This document shows, piece after piece, positions 30,191 through 38,571 of a stretch of DNA of 59,010 nt (the stretch's first letter is position 1; every line of letters begins with the position of its first letter). The position numbers and the translations under genes are program-made. The DNA is from Pseudothermotoga sp. GTDB taxonomy: Bacteria; Thermotogota; Thermotogae; Thermotogales; DSM-5069. The notes beneath the pieces are model-generated. The model was not told where the DNA came from, searched no databases, and saw only the letters and a list, made by a program, of their open reading frames with translations. The stretch is from NCBI GenBank assembly GCA_031962025.1, contig JAVRKW010000010.1; one strand, given 5' to 3'.

Positions 30191-32686
30191 ATGAAAAGGG
30201 CGTTAATCGCGCTGTTTGTTTTGTGTTTCACTGTCCTTTTATCCTACCAGATCGAGCTCAAGGAAAATCAAGTATGGTGGCCAGGTGAACTGTGGAACGG
30301 AGTGTGGTGTTCTGTCAGCGTTAAAGACAGCGCAGGGAATTTTGTGAGAAATCTCAAACTCGAGGACTTCAAAATAATCGAAAAAGCTTACGGAAAAAAC
30401 GGTGAACTGCTCGAGGAAAAACCAGCCGACTTTCAAGGCAGTACTCATTACAACTTTGGCGGGAACGGGTTCTGGGAAAAATCGATCAACTCAGACAAAT
30501 TAGACATAGCCTTTTTCATCGACGGGACAGGCTCGATGTCAAAGTATACAGATTCAATTGCAGAACAGCTACACGGATTTTTGGACAGATTGATCAAAAC
30601 TGGTACTGATTTTAGAATCTTCATAAGTATGTACGGAGCACAGGATAGACCAGGATGGACTATAACTTCTTACACAAACAGATTTTTTGGTCCAACAATG
30701 ATAGACGAAATAAGAAAAGCCATAGACGATATAGACACCGGGGGTGAATGGTGGGATCTCTCATGGGGCTATGATGTCTTTCTGTGGTCTTTGAACCTTG
30801 ACTGGCGTGAAGATGCAAGAAAGATAGTGGTCATAATAACCGACGTATATACCGACTCTGTCTATGGACCAAACTGGTATTTTTCTGCAGGCTGTGTATC
30901 ATCCATGAGCGCAGTAGACCTTGCGATAAAAGAAACAGGCATACAGCTTTATTACTGTCAGCCAGAAGAAAAGCAAATGGCAGAAACAGAACTGTCAGAA
31001 AACTACTCAGATAAGGTTAACATCAAAGTGAAGGAAAATAACTTTGACAGACTTGAAAAGAGAAATCCACTGGTGAAAAAATTATCATGGCCATTCAACC
31101 AACAGGAAATCGAGCTTAAAAACCTCCCTGTTGTCGATTCAAGATATTACTTTGCATGGGTGAGTGATTGGAATAAATACACTTTTACTTTTATCAGCAG
31201 AGTTGATGTGACATTGTCTATCGCTCAAACAGGAGAATCTGTGAGCTTCAGCTTTTATCCCCTTAAGAACCCCGATGGCACAAAAGCCAATGAAAGTGTG
31301 CGGAATGTGAAATTCACACTGAAAGATGAATCCGGTCTTTCAATGCTCGGTCAGAACAATGTATGGATCTATTTTTACAAGGTGATGGGAGATCTTGACA
31401 GAATGGACATTATAGGTGCAATGCATCAAATAAGTGACAAGAATGGAATAGTTTCAATGGGAAGTGTTACTCCAGGAAAGTACTACTATATTTTGACTGC
31501 AGCAGGTTTTTCAGATTTACTGGCTTACCATTACGATATTCTTAGCTACACCGCAAGGGGATGGGTTGAGATCAGCAAAGAAGGCGTAAAACCGGATCAG
31601 ATAACGGCGTATACGTGCCCAAAAGATGCTGAAATTTACAGAATGCTCGGCTTGCTGGAGGAATTGGAAAATCTGGATATCTCAACTGCAAAGTTGAAAG
31701 CACTGGCTCATGATGCTCGCGAATGGCTCGAAGAAATCAAAAAAGATGGGATAACTCTTGTCGAACTTGAAGCGATAAAGAGATTCAACATCGGCATTGG
31801 TGCAATGATAAATTGTGCTGGTTATGCCGATGTAATACAAAACCGCACCATTGAAGATTTCGTACAGATAGTACAAAAAATGACAGACATGGTGAGAACA
31901 GCGAGAAAAGTGGCAGAAGAAGTTGAATCAGTAATGCCAACGCTTTTGAAAGCGACAAACCTGTTCATCGATATTATCACCGGCAACTGGAGTGGTGTGG
32001 CGGCAAATCTCACTATCCAGGAAGTTGTAGATAAATTCGTTAATTACATCAAAAACGAATTAGTGGATGATATCATCAAAACCGTTGAAACGAAGCTGCT
32101 CGATGTGCTCAATCATCCAGAAGAAATTCTCGATTACTTTCACATTTATGTCGAAAACTGGGTAAAACAGCAATTGAGACCCGATCAGATAACTCAAAAC
32201 GTCTTCAACTTCGTCAACGGTCAACTGGTCTACAACAATTTCACAAGTGATCTTGAAGAACAAGCCAGAAAACTCTTGCTTAATTCAAAAGAGCTGGTGC
32301 AGGAAAACTATGAAAAATACTGGGATTACGACAAACGATCGGGGCTGATGAGAACAGATTTTTATGAAACAAGAAAGCAATTAATGGGTGATTTATTCGA
32401 CAAATCTTACAAAGCCCTGAGAGATCAAGAAGCGATAGATGACTGGGAAAGTGTGCTCATACTCTTTCGTGAAACGATTCCAATGATCGTTGAATTCATA
32501 GAACTCTTTGAAGTGCGCTATCCAGAATTGAGTGAGGTTAAAAAAAGCCTTAAGACACTCTATTCAGTCCTGGATGCCATTGGAACCCTGACAAGAACTT
32601 ATGAAATGGCTTTGAAGGTAAATCATCTACAAGATCTGCAAAGTCGTGTGAGGCAACTGGCAGATTCTGTCTACAAAAACAAATAA
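30191..32686 (+). CDS. Secreted vWA-domain protein with large helical C-terminus
   Basis: Signal peptide MKRALIALF.., DIAFFIDGTGSM (MIDAS-like), WREDARKIVVIITD. Confidence 0.8.
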   Translation: MKRALIALFVLCFTVLLSYQIELKENQVWWPGELWNGVWCSVSVKDSAGNFVRNLKLEDFKIIEKAYGKNGELLEEKPADFQGSTHYNFGGNGFWEKSINSDKLDIAFFIDGTGSMSKYTDSIAEQLHGFLDRLIKTGTDFRIFISMYGAQDRPGWTITSYTNRFFGPTMIDEIRKAIDDIDTGGEWWDLSWGYDVFLWSLNLDWREDARKIVVIITDVYTDSVYGPNWYFSAGCVSSMSAVDLAIKETGIQLYYCQPEEKQMAETELSENYSDKVNIKVKENNFDRLEKRNPLVKKLSWPFNQQEIELKNLPVVDSRYYFAWVSDWNKYTFTFISRVDVTLSIAQTGESVSFSFYPLKNPDGTKANESVRNVKFTLKDESGLSMLGQNNVWIYFYKVMGDLDRMDIIGAMHQISDKNGIVSMGSVTPGKYYYILTAAGFSDLLAYHYDILSYTARGWVEISKEGVKPDQITAYTCPKDAEIYRMLGLLEELENLDISTAKLKALAHDAREWLEEIKKDGITLVELEAIKRFNIGIGAMINCAGYADVIQNRTIEDFVQIVQKMTDMVRTARKVAEEVESVMPTLLKATNLFIDIITGNWSGVAANLTIQEVVDKFVNYIKNELVDDIIKTVETKLLDVLNHPEEILDYFHIYVENWVKQQLRPDQITQNVFNFVNGQLVYNNFTSDLEEQARKLLLNSKELVQENYEKYWDYDKRSGLMRTDFYETRKQLMGDLFDKSYKALRDQEAIDDWESVLILFRETIPMIVEFIELFEVRYPELSEVKKSLKTLYSVLDAIGTLTRTYEMALKVNHLQDLQSRVRQLADSVYKNK

Positions 32687-32736
32687 AAGACCAAAATGTG
32701 CACTTCATCTCAATAACACAAATGTCAGTCCAAAAT

Positions 32737-32761
32737 AAAGCCCCGCATCTGCGGGGCTTTT
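32737..32761. terminator. Bidirectional terminator between convergent genes
   Basis: AAAGCCCCGCA-tc-TGCGGGGCTTTT. Confidence 0.85.
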
Positions 32762-32773
32762 ACTTTTCAACCG

Positions 32774-33037
32774 TCAATTTCTTGGAAAGACTATAAACTT
32801 CAGGGCTGTTCTTGTCTCTTTGTCGATCTCGACATCTGTGAAGGCTGGAATACTGACAAGATCAATTCCGCTTGGTGCCAAATAACCCCTGGCTATGGCA
32901 ATTGCCTTGACAGCTTGATTCACAGCACCAGCACCGATCGCCTGAAGTTCTGCCTTACCGCTCTCTCTGATCATACCAGCAAGAGCACCTGCAACTTTGT
33001 TGGGATTGGAATTAGAGGCTACCTTCAATACTTCCAT
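32774..33037 (-). CDS. spoVS: Stage V sporulation protein S family
   Basis: MEVLKVAS.SNP..VAGALAG, QAIGAGAVNQAVKAIAIARG. Confidence 0.95.
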   Translation of the reverse strand: MEVLKVASNSNPNKVAGALAGMIRESGKAELQAIGAGAVNQAVKAIAIARGYLAPSGIDLVSIPAFTDVEIDKETRTALKFIVFPRN

Positions 33038-33095
33038 CTTTTCTACCTCCTTTAGAAAAGCGATTTCAATTACTCAGCTACGTTGACCAGGGGAT

Positions 33096-33171
33096 TGGCG
33101 CGCCTGGCAGGACTTGAACCCGCAACCATCGGATCCGAAGTCCGACGCTCTATCCATTGAGCTACAGGCGC
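33096..33171 (-). tRNA. tRNA-Arg(TCG)
   Basis: TCGGA-CTTCGGA-TCCGA anticodon arm, CCA end. Confidence 0.95.
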
Positions 33172-33177
33172 GCATCC

Positions 33178-33254
33178 TGGGGTGACCAGCGGGATTTGAA
33201 CCCGCGACCACCTGATCCACAGTCAGGCGCTCTACCAGCTGAGCTATGGTCACC
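33178..33254 (-). tRNA. tRNA-His(GTG)
   Basis: CCTGA-CTGTGGA-TCAGG arm, encoded G-1, CCA end. Confidence 0.95.
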
Positions 33255-33258
33255 ATAC

Positions 33259-33335
33259 TGGTGCGCCCGGCGGGAATCGAACCCACAACCCTCGGATTAG
33301 AAGTCCGATGCTCTATCCTATTGAGCTACGGGCGC
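33259..33335 (-). tRNA. tRNA-Arg(TCT)
   Basis: TCGGA-CTTCTAA-TCCGA arm, CCA end. Confidence 0.95.
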
Positions 33336-33410
33336 TGGAGCGGGCGACGGGATTCGAACCCGCAGCCCTCGGCTTGGAAGGCCGATGCTCTACCATTGAG
33401 CTACACCCGC
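33336..33410 (-). tRNA. tRNA-Gly(TCC)
   Basis: TCGGC-CTTCCAA-GCCGA arm, CCA end. Confidence 0.95.
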
Positions 33411-33421
33411 CTGCATAAAGT

Positions 33422-33449
33422 ATTTTACTACACCGCTGGGAAAAATCAA
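33422..33449 (-). promoter_or_regulatory. Putative promoter of the tRNA cluster
   Basis: Minus strand TTGATT-N16-TAAAAT just upstream of tRNA-Gly. Confidence 0.55.
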
Positions 33450-33531
33450 GAGTGAGTCATCGAATACAAATTTCACCGTTTTCAAAAAAGACTCTTTTCT
33501 TGAACCCTTCCAATTCGATACTTTTGTAATC

Positions 33532-33804
33532 ATGTCCAGCATGTGCTGGATAGACACCAAAGAAAATCAAATGTCAAATCCTCTTCCAAATCTGTCCGGT
33601 GGATATTTGAAAGTTTCTATTGACTGGAATCAGATCGATACCTCAGTTCCAATTGAAAAACCAGAATTACTGCAAAAATTCCTTTCAGATGTTCTTGGAA
33701 CAGAACTTTTGTCCAAACCAACGCGATTTGGAATGATCGCTATTAAAGAGAAAATTGGTACAGCAGTTTATGTCCACTTTGTGTCAGTGATTATTCTCCA
33801 ATAA
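33532..33804 (+). CDS. Small hypothetical protein or gene fragment
   Basis: 90-aa ORF filling the gap before a terminator; no SD or motif recognised. Confidence 0.35.
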   Translation: MSSMCWIDTKENQMSNPLPNLSGGYLKVSIDWNQIDTSVPIEKPELLQKFLSDVLGTELLSKPTRFGMIAIKEKIGTAVYVHFVSVIILQ

Positions 33805-33807
33805 CTA

Positions 33808-33842
33808 CCACAAAGGGCACAGCCCGTGCCCTTTGTGGTTTT
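33808..33842. terminator. Terminator hairpin after arcC
   Basis: CCACAAAGGGCAC-agccc-GTGCCCTTTGTGG. Confidence 0.85.
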
Positions 33843-33845
33843 AAG

Positions 33846-34781
33846 TTATTTTATTATTCTTGTTCCGGTCTTACCTTCCAGAGCCAGTTTCAATTTTGTC
33901 ATGTCTGTTATAATGCATTCTCTGCCCGTTTCTTTGACAAAATCTATCGCGGATTCTATCTTTGGTCCCATACTTCCAGATGGAAATTGACCTTGATTCA
34001 AATACATCTGGGCTTGGTCCACACTCAGTTCATCAAGGTCTTTCTGATCTGGTTTTCCATAGTTCAGTGCAACCTTTTCGACACCTGTCAGTATCACAAA
34101 AAGATCTGCATCGATTTCAATTGCAAGAAGTGCACTTGCTCTATCTTTATCTATCACAGCCTCTACTCCTTTTAGAATGCCATCTTCTCTGATCACCGGT
34201 ATCCCGCCACCACCAGCGGCAATGACTATCACATCATTTTTTAAGAGCGTTTTTATCACTTCTTTTTCAACAATGTCAAGTGGTTTTGGTGACGGAACAA
34301 CTCTTCTGTATCCTCTTCCTGCATCTTCTTTCATGATCCATCCTTTTTCTCTTGCAAGTTTTTCTGCCTGCTCTTTCGTATAAAATGGTCCAACTGGTTT
34401 TGTTGGATTTTGAAAAGCCCTGTCGTTTTTATCAACAACAATTTGAGTTATGATACCAGCTACTTCGTACATCTTGTTTCTCTTTGCCAGATTGTTTCTA
34501 AGCGCCTGAGCTATCATATATCCAAGGCTTCCCTGGGTCTGTGCGTCGTTCACATCGATGGGAAACGGTGGAATGACCTCTTTTGCCATCTCCTGCTGGA
34601 TCAAAATGTTGCCGACTTGCGGACCGTTGCCATGGGTGATCACAAGATCGTATTCTTCGAGCATATCAGCCAGATATCCCATCGCTTCTGTCAGAGCTCT
34701 GAACATATTTTCTGCCGTTGGCTTTTCACCAGGTCTGTTTACCGCATTCCCACCTATCGCAACAACGGCGAGTTTTTTCAT
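33846..34781 (-). CDS. arcC: Carbamate kinase
   Basis: AIGGNA, THGNGPQVG, PTKPVGPFY, RRVVPSP, GGGGIPV, VIDKD, GSMGPK. Confidence 0.97.
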   Translation of the reverse strand: MKKLAVVAIGGNAVNRPGEKPTAENMFRALTEAMGYLADMLEEYDLVITHGNGPQVGNILIQQEMAKEVIPPFPIDVNDAQTQGSLGYMIAQALRNNLAKRNKMYEVAGIITQIVVDKNDRAFQNPTKPVGPFYTKEQAEKLAREKGWIMKEDAGRGYRRVVPSPKPLDIVEKEVIKTLLKNDVIVIAAGGGGIPVIREDGILKGVEAVIDKDRASALLAIEIDADLFVILTGVEKVALNYGKPDQKDLDELSVDQAQMYLNQGQFPSGSMGPKIESAIDFVKETGRECIITDMTKLKLALEGKTGTRIIK

Positions 34782-34849
34782 CCTCTCTCAACCTCCCTCA
34801 AAGAAACAAAAGAGGGACAGATGTCCCTCAAAATCAAAAAGCATTGTTC

Positions 34850-35089
34850 TCAGAGTTTTATGAATGGCAGAAGAGCCATATGTCTTGCACGCTTTATAGC
34901 CACTTTGACCATTCTTTGATGTTTTGCGCAGTTTCCGGTGACTCTTTTTGGTATTATCTTTCCTTTATCTGTGAGATATTCACTGAGCAAACGAATGTCT
35001 TTGTAATCCACATAATCGACCTTCATTTCACAGAGTTTGCATTTTTTGATCTTTCTCTTTCTTCTTTTTTTCTGTAACTGCTGTGCCAT
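34850..35089 (-). CDS. rpsR: 30S ribosomal protein S18
   Basis: CKLC..DYKD..L..GKI.P.R.TG.CAKHQR....AIKRAR..ALLPF. Confidence 0.97.
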   Translation of the reverse strand: MAQQLQKKRRKRKIKKCKLCEMKVDYVDYKDIRLLSEYLTDKGKIIPKRVTGNCAKHQRMVKVAIKRARHMALLPFIKL

Positions 35090-35103
35090 TAATTCACACC
35101 TCC

Positions 35104-35559
35104 TCAAAATGGTGGTTCATCTGGATCGTGTTCATCGATCTCATGTTCCTCGGGCTCCGAGATTTCTTCTTCTTTTGGATAAAATGGTTCTTTTGGTAAA
35201 AGTTCAGCTTCTTCAGTGGTTTTCTTTTCCATGAATCTGATGTCCCTTGCCCAGATCTCGGCAGTTGTCCTGTTTGATCCATCTTTGGCTTGCCATTTTT
35301 GAAGCCTCAGCTCACCTTCTACCAGGATCAACTGACCTTTCTTCAGATAGGTCTTTGCAAAATCTGCAAGTTTGTTAAAAGCCACTATCCTTATAAAATC
35401 AGTCGTCTGTTGATCATCAGAGGCTTCCTGCCGGACTGGTCTGTTCACGGCAAGGTTGAAATTCGCCACACTTCTGCCGGAGGTAGTAAGTTTGATCTCT
35501 GGATCTCTGGTTATCCTTCCAACAAGGATTACCTTGTTAAAATACGACATTACACTCAT
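35104..35559 (-). CDS. ssb: Single-stranded DNA-binding protein
   Basis: [23 protein letters not shown], acidic tail ending DEPPF. Confidence 0.97.
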   Translation of the reverse strand: MSVMSYFNKVILVGRITRDPEIKLTTSGRSVANFNLAVNRPVRQEASDDQQTTDFIRIVAFNKLADFAKTYLKKGQLILVEGELRLQKWQAKDGSNRTTAEIWARDIRFMEKKTTEEAELLPKEPFYPKEEEISEPEEHEIDEHDPDEPPF

Positions 35560-35903
35560 TCCTTCTTTTCTTCAGCCTGGGCTTGTTCTTCCCTTTCTTT
35601 TTTCTCGAGATCTTCTCTTCTGAAAGTCTGCCAGCGAAGAATCTGTGGAGTAACCCTGTAGAATTCTTCAAGTTTGTTCAGATCAGTCGAAGGAGCCTTG
35701 AACAGAAGAACGGTGTAGTCTCCCTCTGTCTGATGGCTGATGGGATAAGCGAGTTTCCTGATGCCCCAGCGGTTTACCGTCTGAACAGTGCCCTTAACAC
35801 GTTCCGCGATGATTGACTTGACTTTTTCGACAAGCGCTTCCCTTTCCTCGTTTTTCAAGCGCGGATCCATGATGAACATGGTTTCATAGATTCTTTCCAT
35901 CAC
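35556..35903 (-). CDS. rpsF: 30S ribosomal protein S6
   Basis: YETMFI..P, WG.RKLAYPI, EGDY. Confidence 0.97.
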   Translation of the reverse strand: MMERIYETMFIMDPRLKNEEREALVEKVKSIIAERVKGTVQTVNRWGIRKLAYPISHQTEGDYTVLLFKAPSTDLNKLEEFYRVTPQILRWQTFRREDLEKKEREEQAQAEEKKE

Positions 35904-35904
35904 T

Positions 35905-35956
35905 TACCTCCTCCCTCGGTCTAATGGCTTTGCCCACCTCCGGCAAAGCGGGAGCA
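35905..35956 (-). promoter_or_regulatory. Probable S6:S18 autoregulatory leader RNA
   Basis: GCTCCC-GCTTTGCC..GGCAAAGC-cattagaCCGa-GGGAG hairpin with CCG internal loop that includes the rpsF SD. Confidence 0.7.
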
Positions 35957-36009
35957 CACAAAATTATACACAAATCGGTGGTATGTTTGGTTACAAAAGT
36001 GTGAAACAC

Positions 36010-36945
36010 TCAGTTTTCAAGTTGTTTGAGCAAGCACTCTACAAATTCTTCAGGACATTCCTGCTGAGGCAGGTGCCCGCAGTTTTCAATAACACACAAA
36101 GCGGCTTTCAAAATTCTGGCAAGTTCTTCACTGTCTTTCAGCGGTATTATTCTATCCTGCCTTCCATGGATCACAACGACCGGACAGGAAATCTTTCCAA
36201 GCTGATCTTTCAAATCTGCGTACTTTGCGGCTTTTGTGAATTCCCAAAGCGCCTTTTTCCAGCCCTTGACTTTTGTAGGTCTTGTATAGGCTTCTTTGTC
36301 CTGTTCGGTGATCTTTGATGGATCATAATACGCCTGAGCTAGTGATTTTTCAAAGGAGTCTGTTATTATTTTCGCGATCAAATCCGGTCCAACATGATTC
36401 ACCTGAGGTATGTTCATGACCAATCTGATGAAATCATTTGCCCAATCTTTACTGAAAACAGCAGCGTCCACCAGAACGAGTGCTTCAACCCTTTCTGGAT
36501 AAGACAGAGCAAAATTCAGCGCAACAAATCCTCCAGCAGAATTTCCAACCAGAACAGCCTTTTTTATACCAAAGTGATCCATCAGCTTTCTGAGTAATTC
36601 CACCTGATACTCATTTGTATATGGATTGTACTTTAGATCAAATTGCCTTTCTGTGAGACCAAAACCTGGTCTGTCGTAGGAAATCACCGTGAATCGATCA
36701 GAGAGCTTTCCAGCGACCTTTTCCCATGTATAAGTACTTGAACCAAAACCATGCAGAAGAATCATAGATCTTTCACTCTGTCCGTATTTTTTGTAGTGAA
36801 TCTCAAGTTCATCTATTTCTACAAACTGGCTATCAGGATATGCCAGCTCTCTGTGGGTAAACTCTCCATCCTGATAAAAATAGAAAAACGGTGCAAAGAA
36901 AAGAACTATCATTATCGAAAACCACACCATTTTCAAAGATATCAC
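36010..36945 (-). CDS. Alpha/beta hydrolase with N-terminal membrane anchor
   Basis: LHGFG, DRPGFG, GNSAG nucleophile elbow, HG..D, GHLP. Confidence 0.92.
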   Translation of the reverse strand: MISLKMVWFSIMIVLFFAPFFYFYQDGEFTHRELAYPDSQFVEIDELEIHYKKYGQSERSMILLHGFGSSTYTWEKVAGKLSDRFTVISYDRPGFGLTERQFDLKYNPYTNEYQVELLRKLMDHFGIKKAVLVGNSAGGFVALNFALSYPERVEALVLVDAAVFSKDWANDFIRLVMNIPQVNHVGPDLIAKIITDSFEKSLAQAYYDPSKITEQDKEAYTRPTKVKGWKKALWEFTKAAKYADLKDQLGKISCPVVVIHGRQDRIIPLKDSEELARILKAALCVIENCGHLPQQECPEEFVECLLKQLEN

Positions 36946-37071
36946 CTTGTAAAAATCATACCAGCACCAATCATCTTTGTAAAAGATATAATTTAAAAAA
37001 GGTCACAGGAAAAATCCGAGCCTTAAGGAACAGCAGATTCATACGATGAAATATATGAAAGAGGTGTTTTT

Positions 37072-38571
37072 ATGAAAAAGTACCTGATCATACTGTCTGT
37101 TTTGATTTTATTACTGGTCTCGTGTCAGCAGAGATCTGAGATAAACATTTCTTTATCAATCGATCCACCATCGCCAACTGCAGACAGTACTGCAACAGTG
37201 AGGCTACTTTCCTCTTTTGATGTTGGAATAACATTGGCTTCAATAAGCATAGACGGCAAAACCGTTAAAAGTGGAGATACACTTCCACTGGAGTACCTGT
37301 GGAGACCTTCTGAAGCAAAAGATTACATAGTCGAAGGCTATGTTGAAAATATATTCGGACAGAGAAAAACCAGTCAGACAATTCTCACAGTTGTTGACAA
37401 AACTGCACCAGTCATAGATCAGATCAGGATTATACCCACTTTCCCGGAGTCTGATTCTCCCATTTATCTATCGATCGATGCACATGACAGTGAAAGCAGA
37501 GTTCTAAAAGCGGTCGCAAAAATTGGATCTGAATCAAAACAGGTTCAGACGACAGACAATCCCATCATTATGGAACTGCCACCTCAGAATCAACCAGGCC
37601 AATATCCACTGAGTATCGTTGTATCAACCAGTGATTTTGCAAAAAGTGCCACTTCAACCGTATTGAATGTTTACCCGCCTGATCTATCAGCTCCCACAGT
37701 TGATGTGAGTTTGCTGAAAAGTTCTTTTTCCAAAGAAGAAGATGTTGTTTTGAACATAACAGTTGAAGATGACACCGAACTTTCATCGGTTTCAGTCGAA
37801 TGCAATTCAAGCGTGATATACACAAAAGATTTTTCAAAGACCAATTCTGCGAGTTTTTCGGTCAAACTTGGAAAATTCGACCCGGGTTTTCACTCTGTTG
37901 TGGTCACAGCAAAGGATGTTCGTGGTAAATCAACAGTCTCGGGTGCAGTCTTTGCAGTCGGATTGGGACCGGTGGATGTCAGTCTTTGGATCAGCAACTC
38001 AAGCCCAAGCCCGGCAGACTTGATTACACTGAGTGCAGAAACCAAAGAAACGCTCGTAAAGCAGATCACCTTTTACGTGGATGACAGGATCATCTCTCAA
38101 GGAACGTCTTTCTCTTGCTACTGGAAGGCTGTTTCTGGAAGGCATGTTCTTTCGGTAGTTGTTGAAACAACAGATGGCAGAGTAGGAACAGATTTCATTC
38201 AAATAGATGTGCAGGATGAAAAACCACCAAAGATCGATTCTTTCAAAATAGGAAGTACAGAACTGAAAACCGACAGTTACACCACTATCACGGCTGGATA
38301 TTACGGCGTGAGAATGAACATCAGTGATGATACCGCCTTAAAGCAGGGTGGTACTATCACGGTCATAATTTCTTCCAAGCCTTTTCCTGAAATAAAACCG
38401 GTTGGAACTATGATACTCATTCAGGAGAGTATTTCAGATGATCTCAAACAAGCCAGCTATGTCGGAGCCACTTCTTTTGCTCAGGGTACATACTATCTGA
38501 TGCCAACTGGTATAAAAGACATTTACGAGAATCAGACTGGAAATCTTTATTTTCCAATCGAGGTGAAATGA
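37072..38571 (+). CDS. Lipoprotein with tandem Ig-like domains
   Basis: Lipobox LVSC; repeated D..AP/PP linkers and beta-rich modules. Confidence 0.8.
   Translation: MKKYLIILSVLILLLVSCQQRSEINISLSIDPPSPTADSTATVRLLSSFDVGITLASISIDGKTVKSGDTLPLEYLWRPSEAKDYIVEGYVENIFGQRKTSQTILTVVDKTAPVIDQIRIIPTFPESDSPIYLSIDAHDSESRVLKAVAKIGSESKQVQTTDNPIIMELPPQNQPGQYPLSIVVSTSDFAKSATSTVLNVYPPDLSAPTVDVSLLKSSFSKEEDVVLNITVEDDTELSSVSVECNSSVIYTKDFSKTNSASFSVKLGKFDPGFHSVVVTAKDVRGKSTVSGAVFAVGLGPVDVSLWISNSSPSPADLITLSAETKETLVKQITFYVDDRIISQGTSFSCYWKAVSGRHVLSVVVETTDGRVGTDFIQIDVQDEKPPKIDSFKIGSTELKTDSYTTITAGYYGVRMNISDDTALKQGGTITVIISSKPFPEIKPVGTMILIQESISDDLKQASYVGATSFAQGTYYLMPTGIKDIYENQTGNLYFPIEVK

Noticed and set aside
32774..33037. 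spoVS as evidence of sporulation
   Set aside because: SpoVS is widespread in non-sporulating bacteria including Thermotogota.
33075..33092. CAGCTACGTTGACCAG resembling HEARO motifs
   Set aside because: Too short, wrong motif order and no supporting structure.
33074..33455. Short ORFs over the tRNA cluster
   Set aside because: Artefacts of tRNA sequence.
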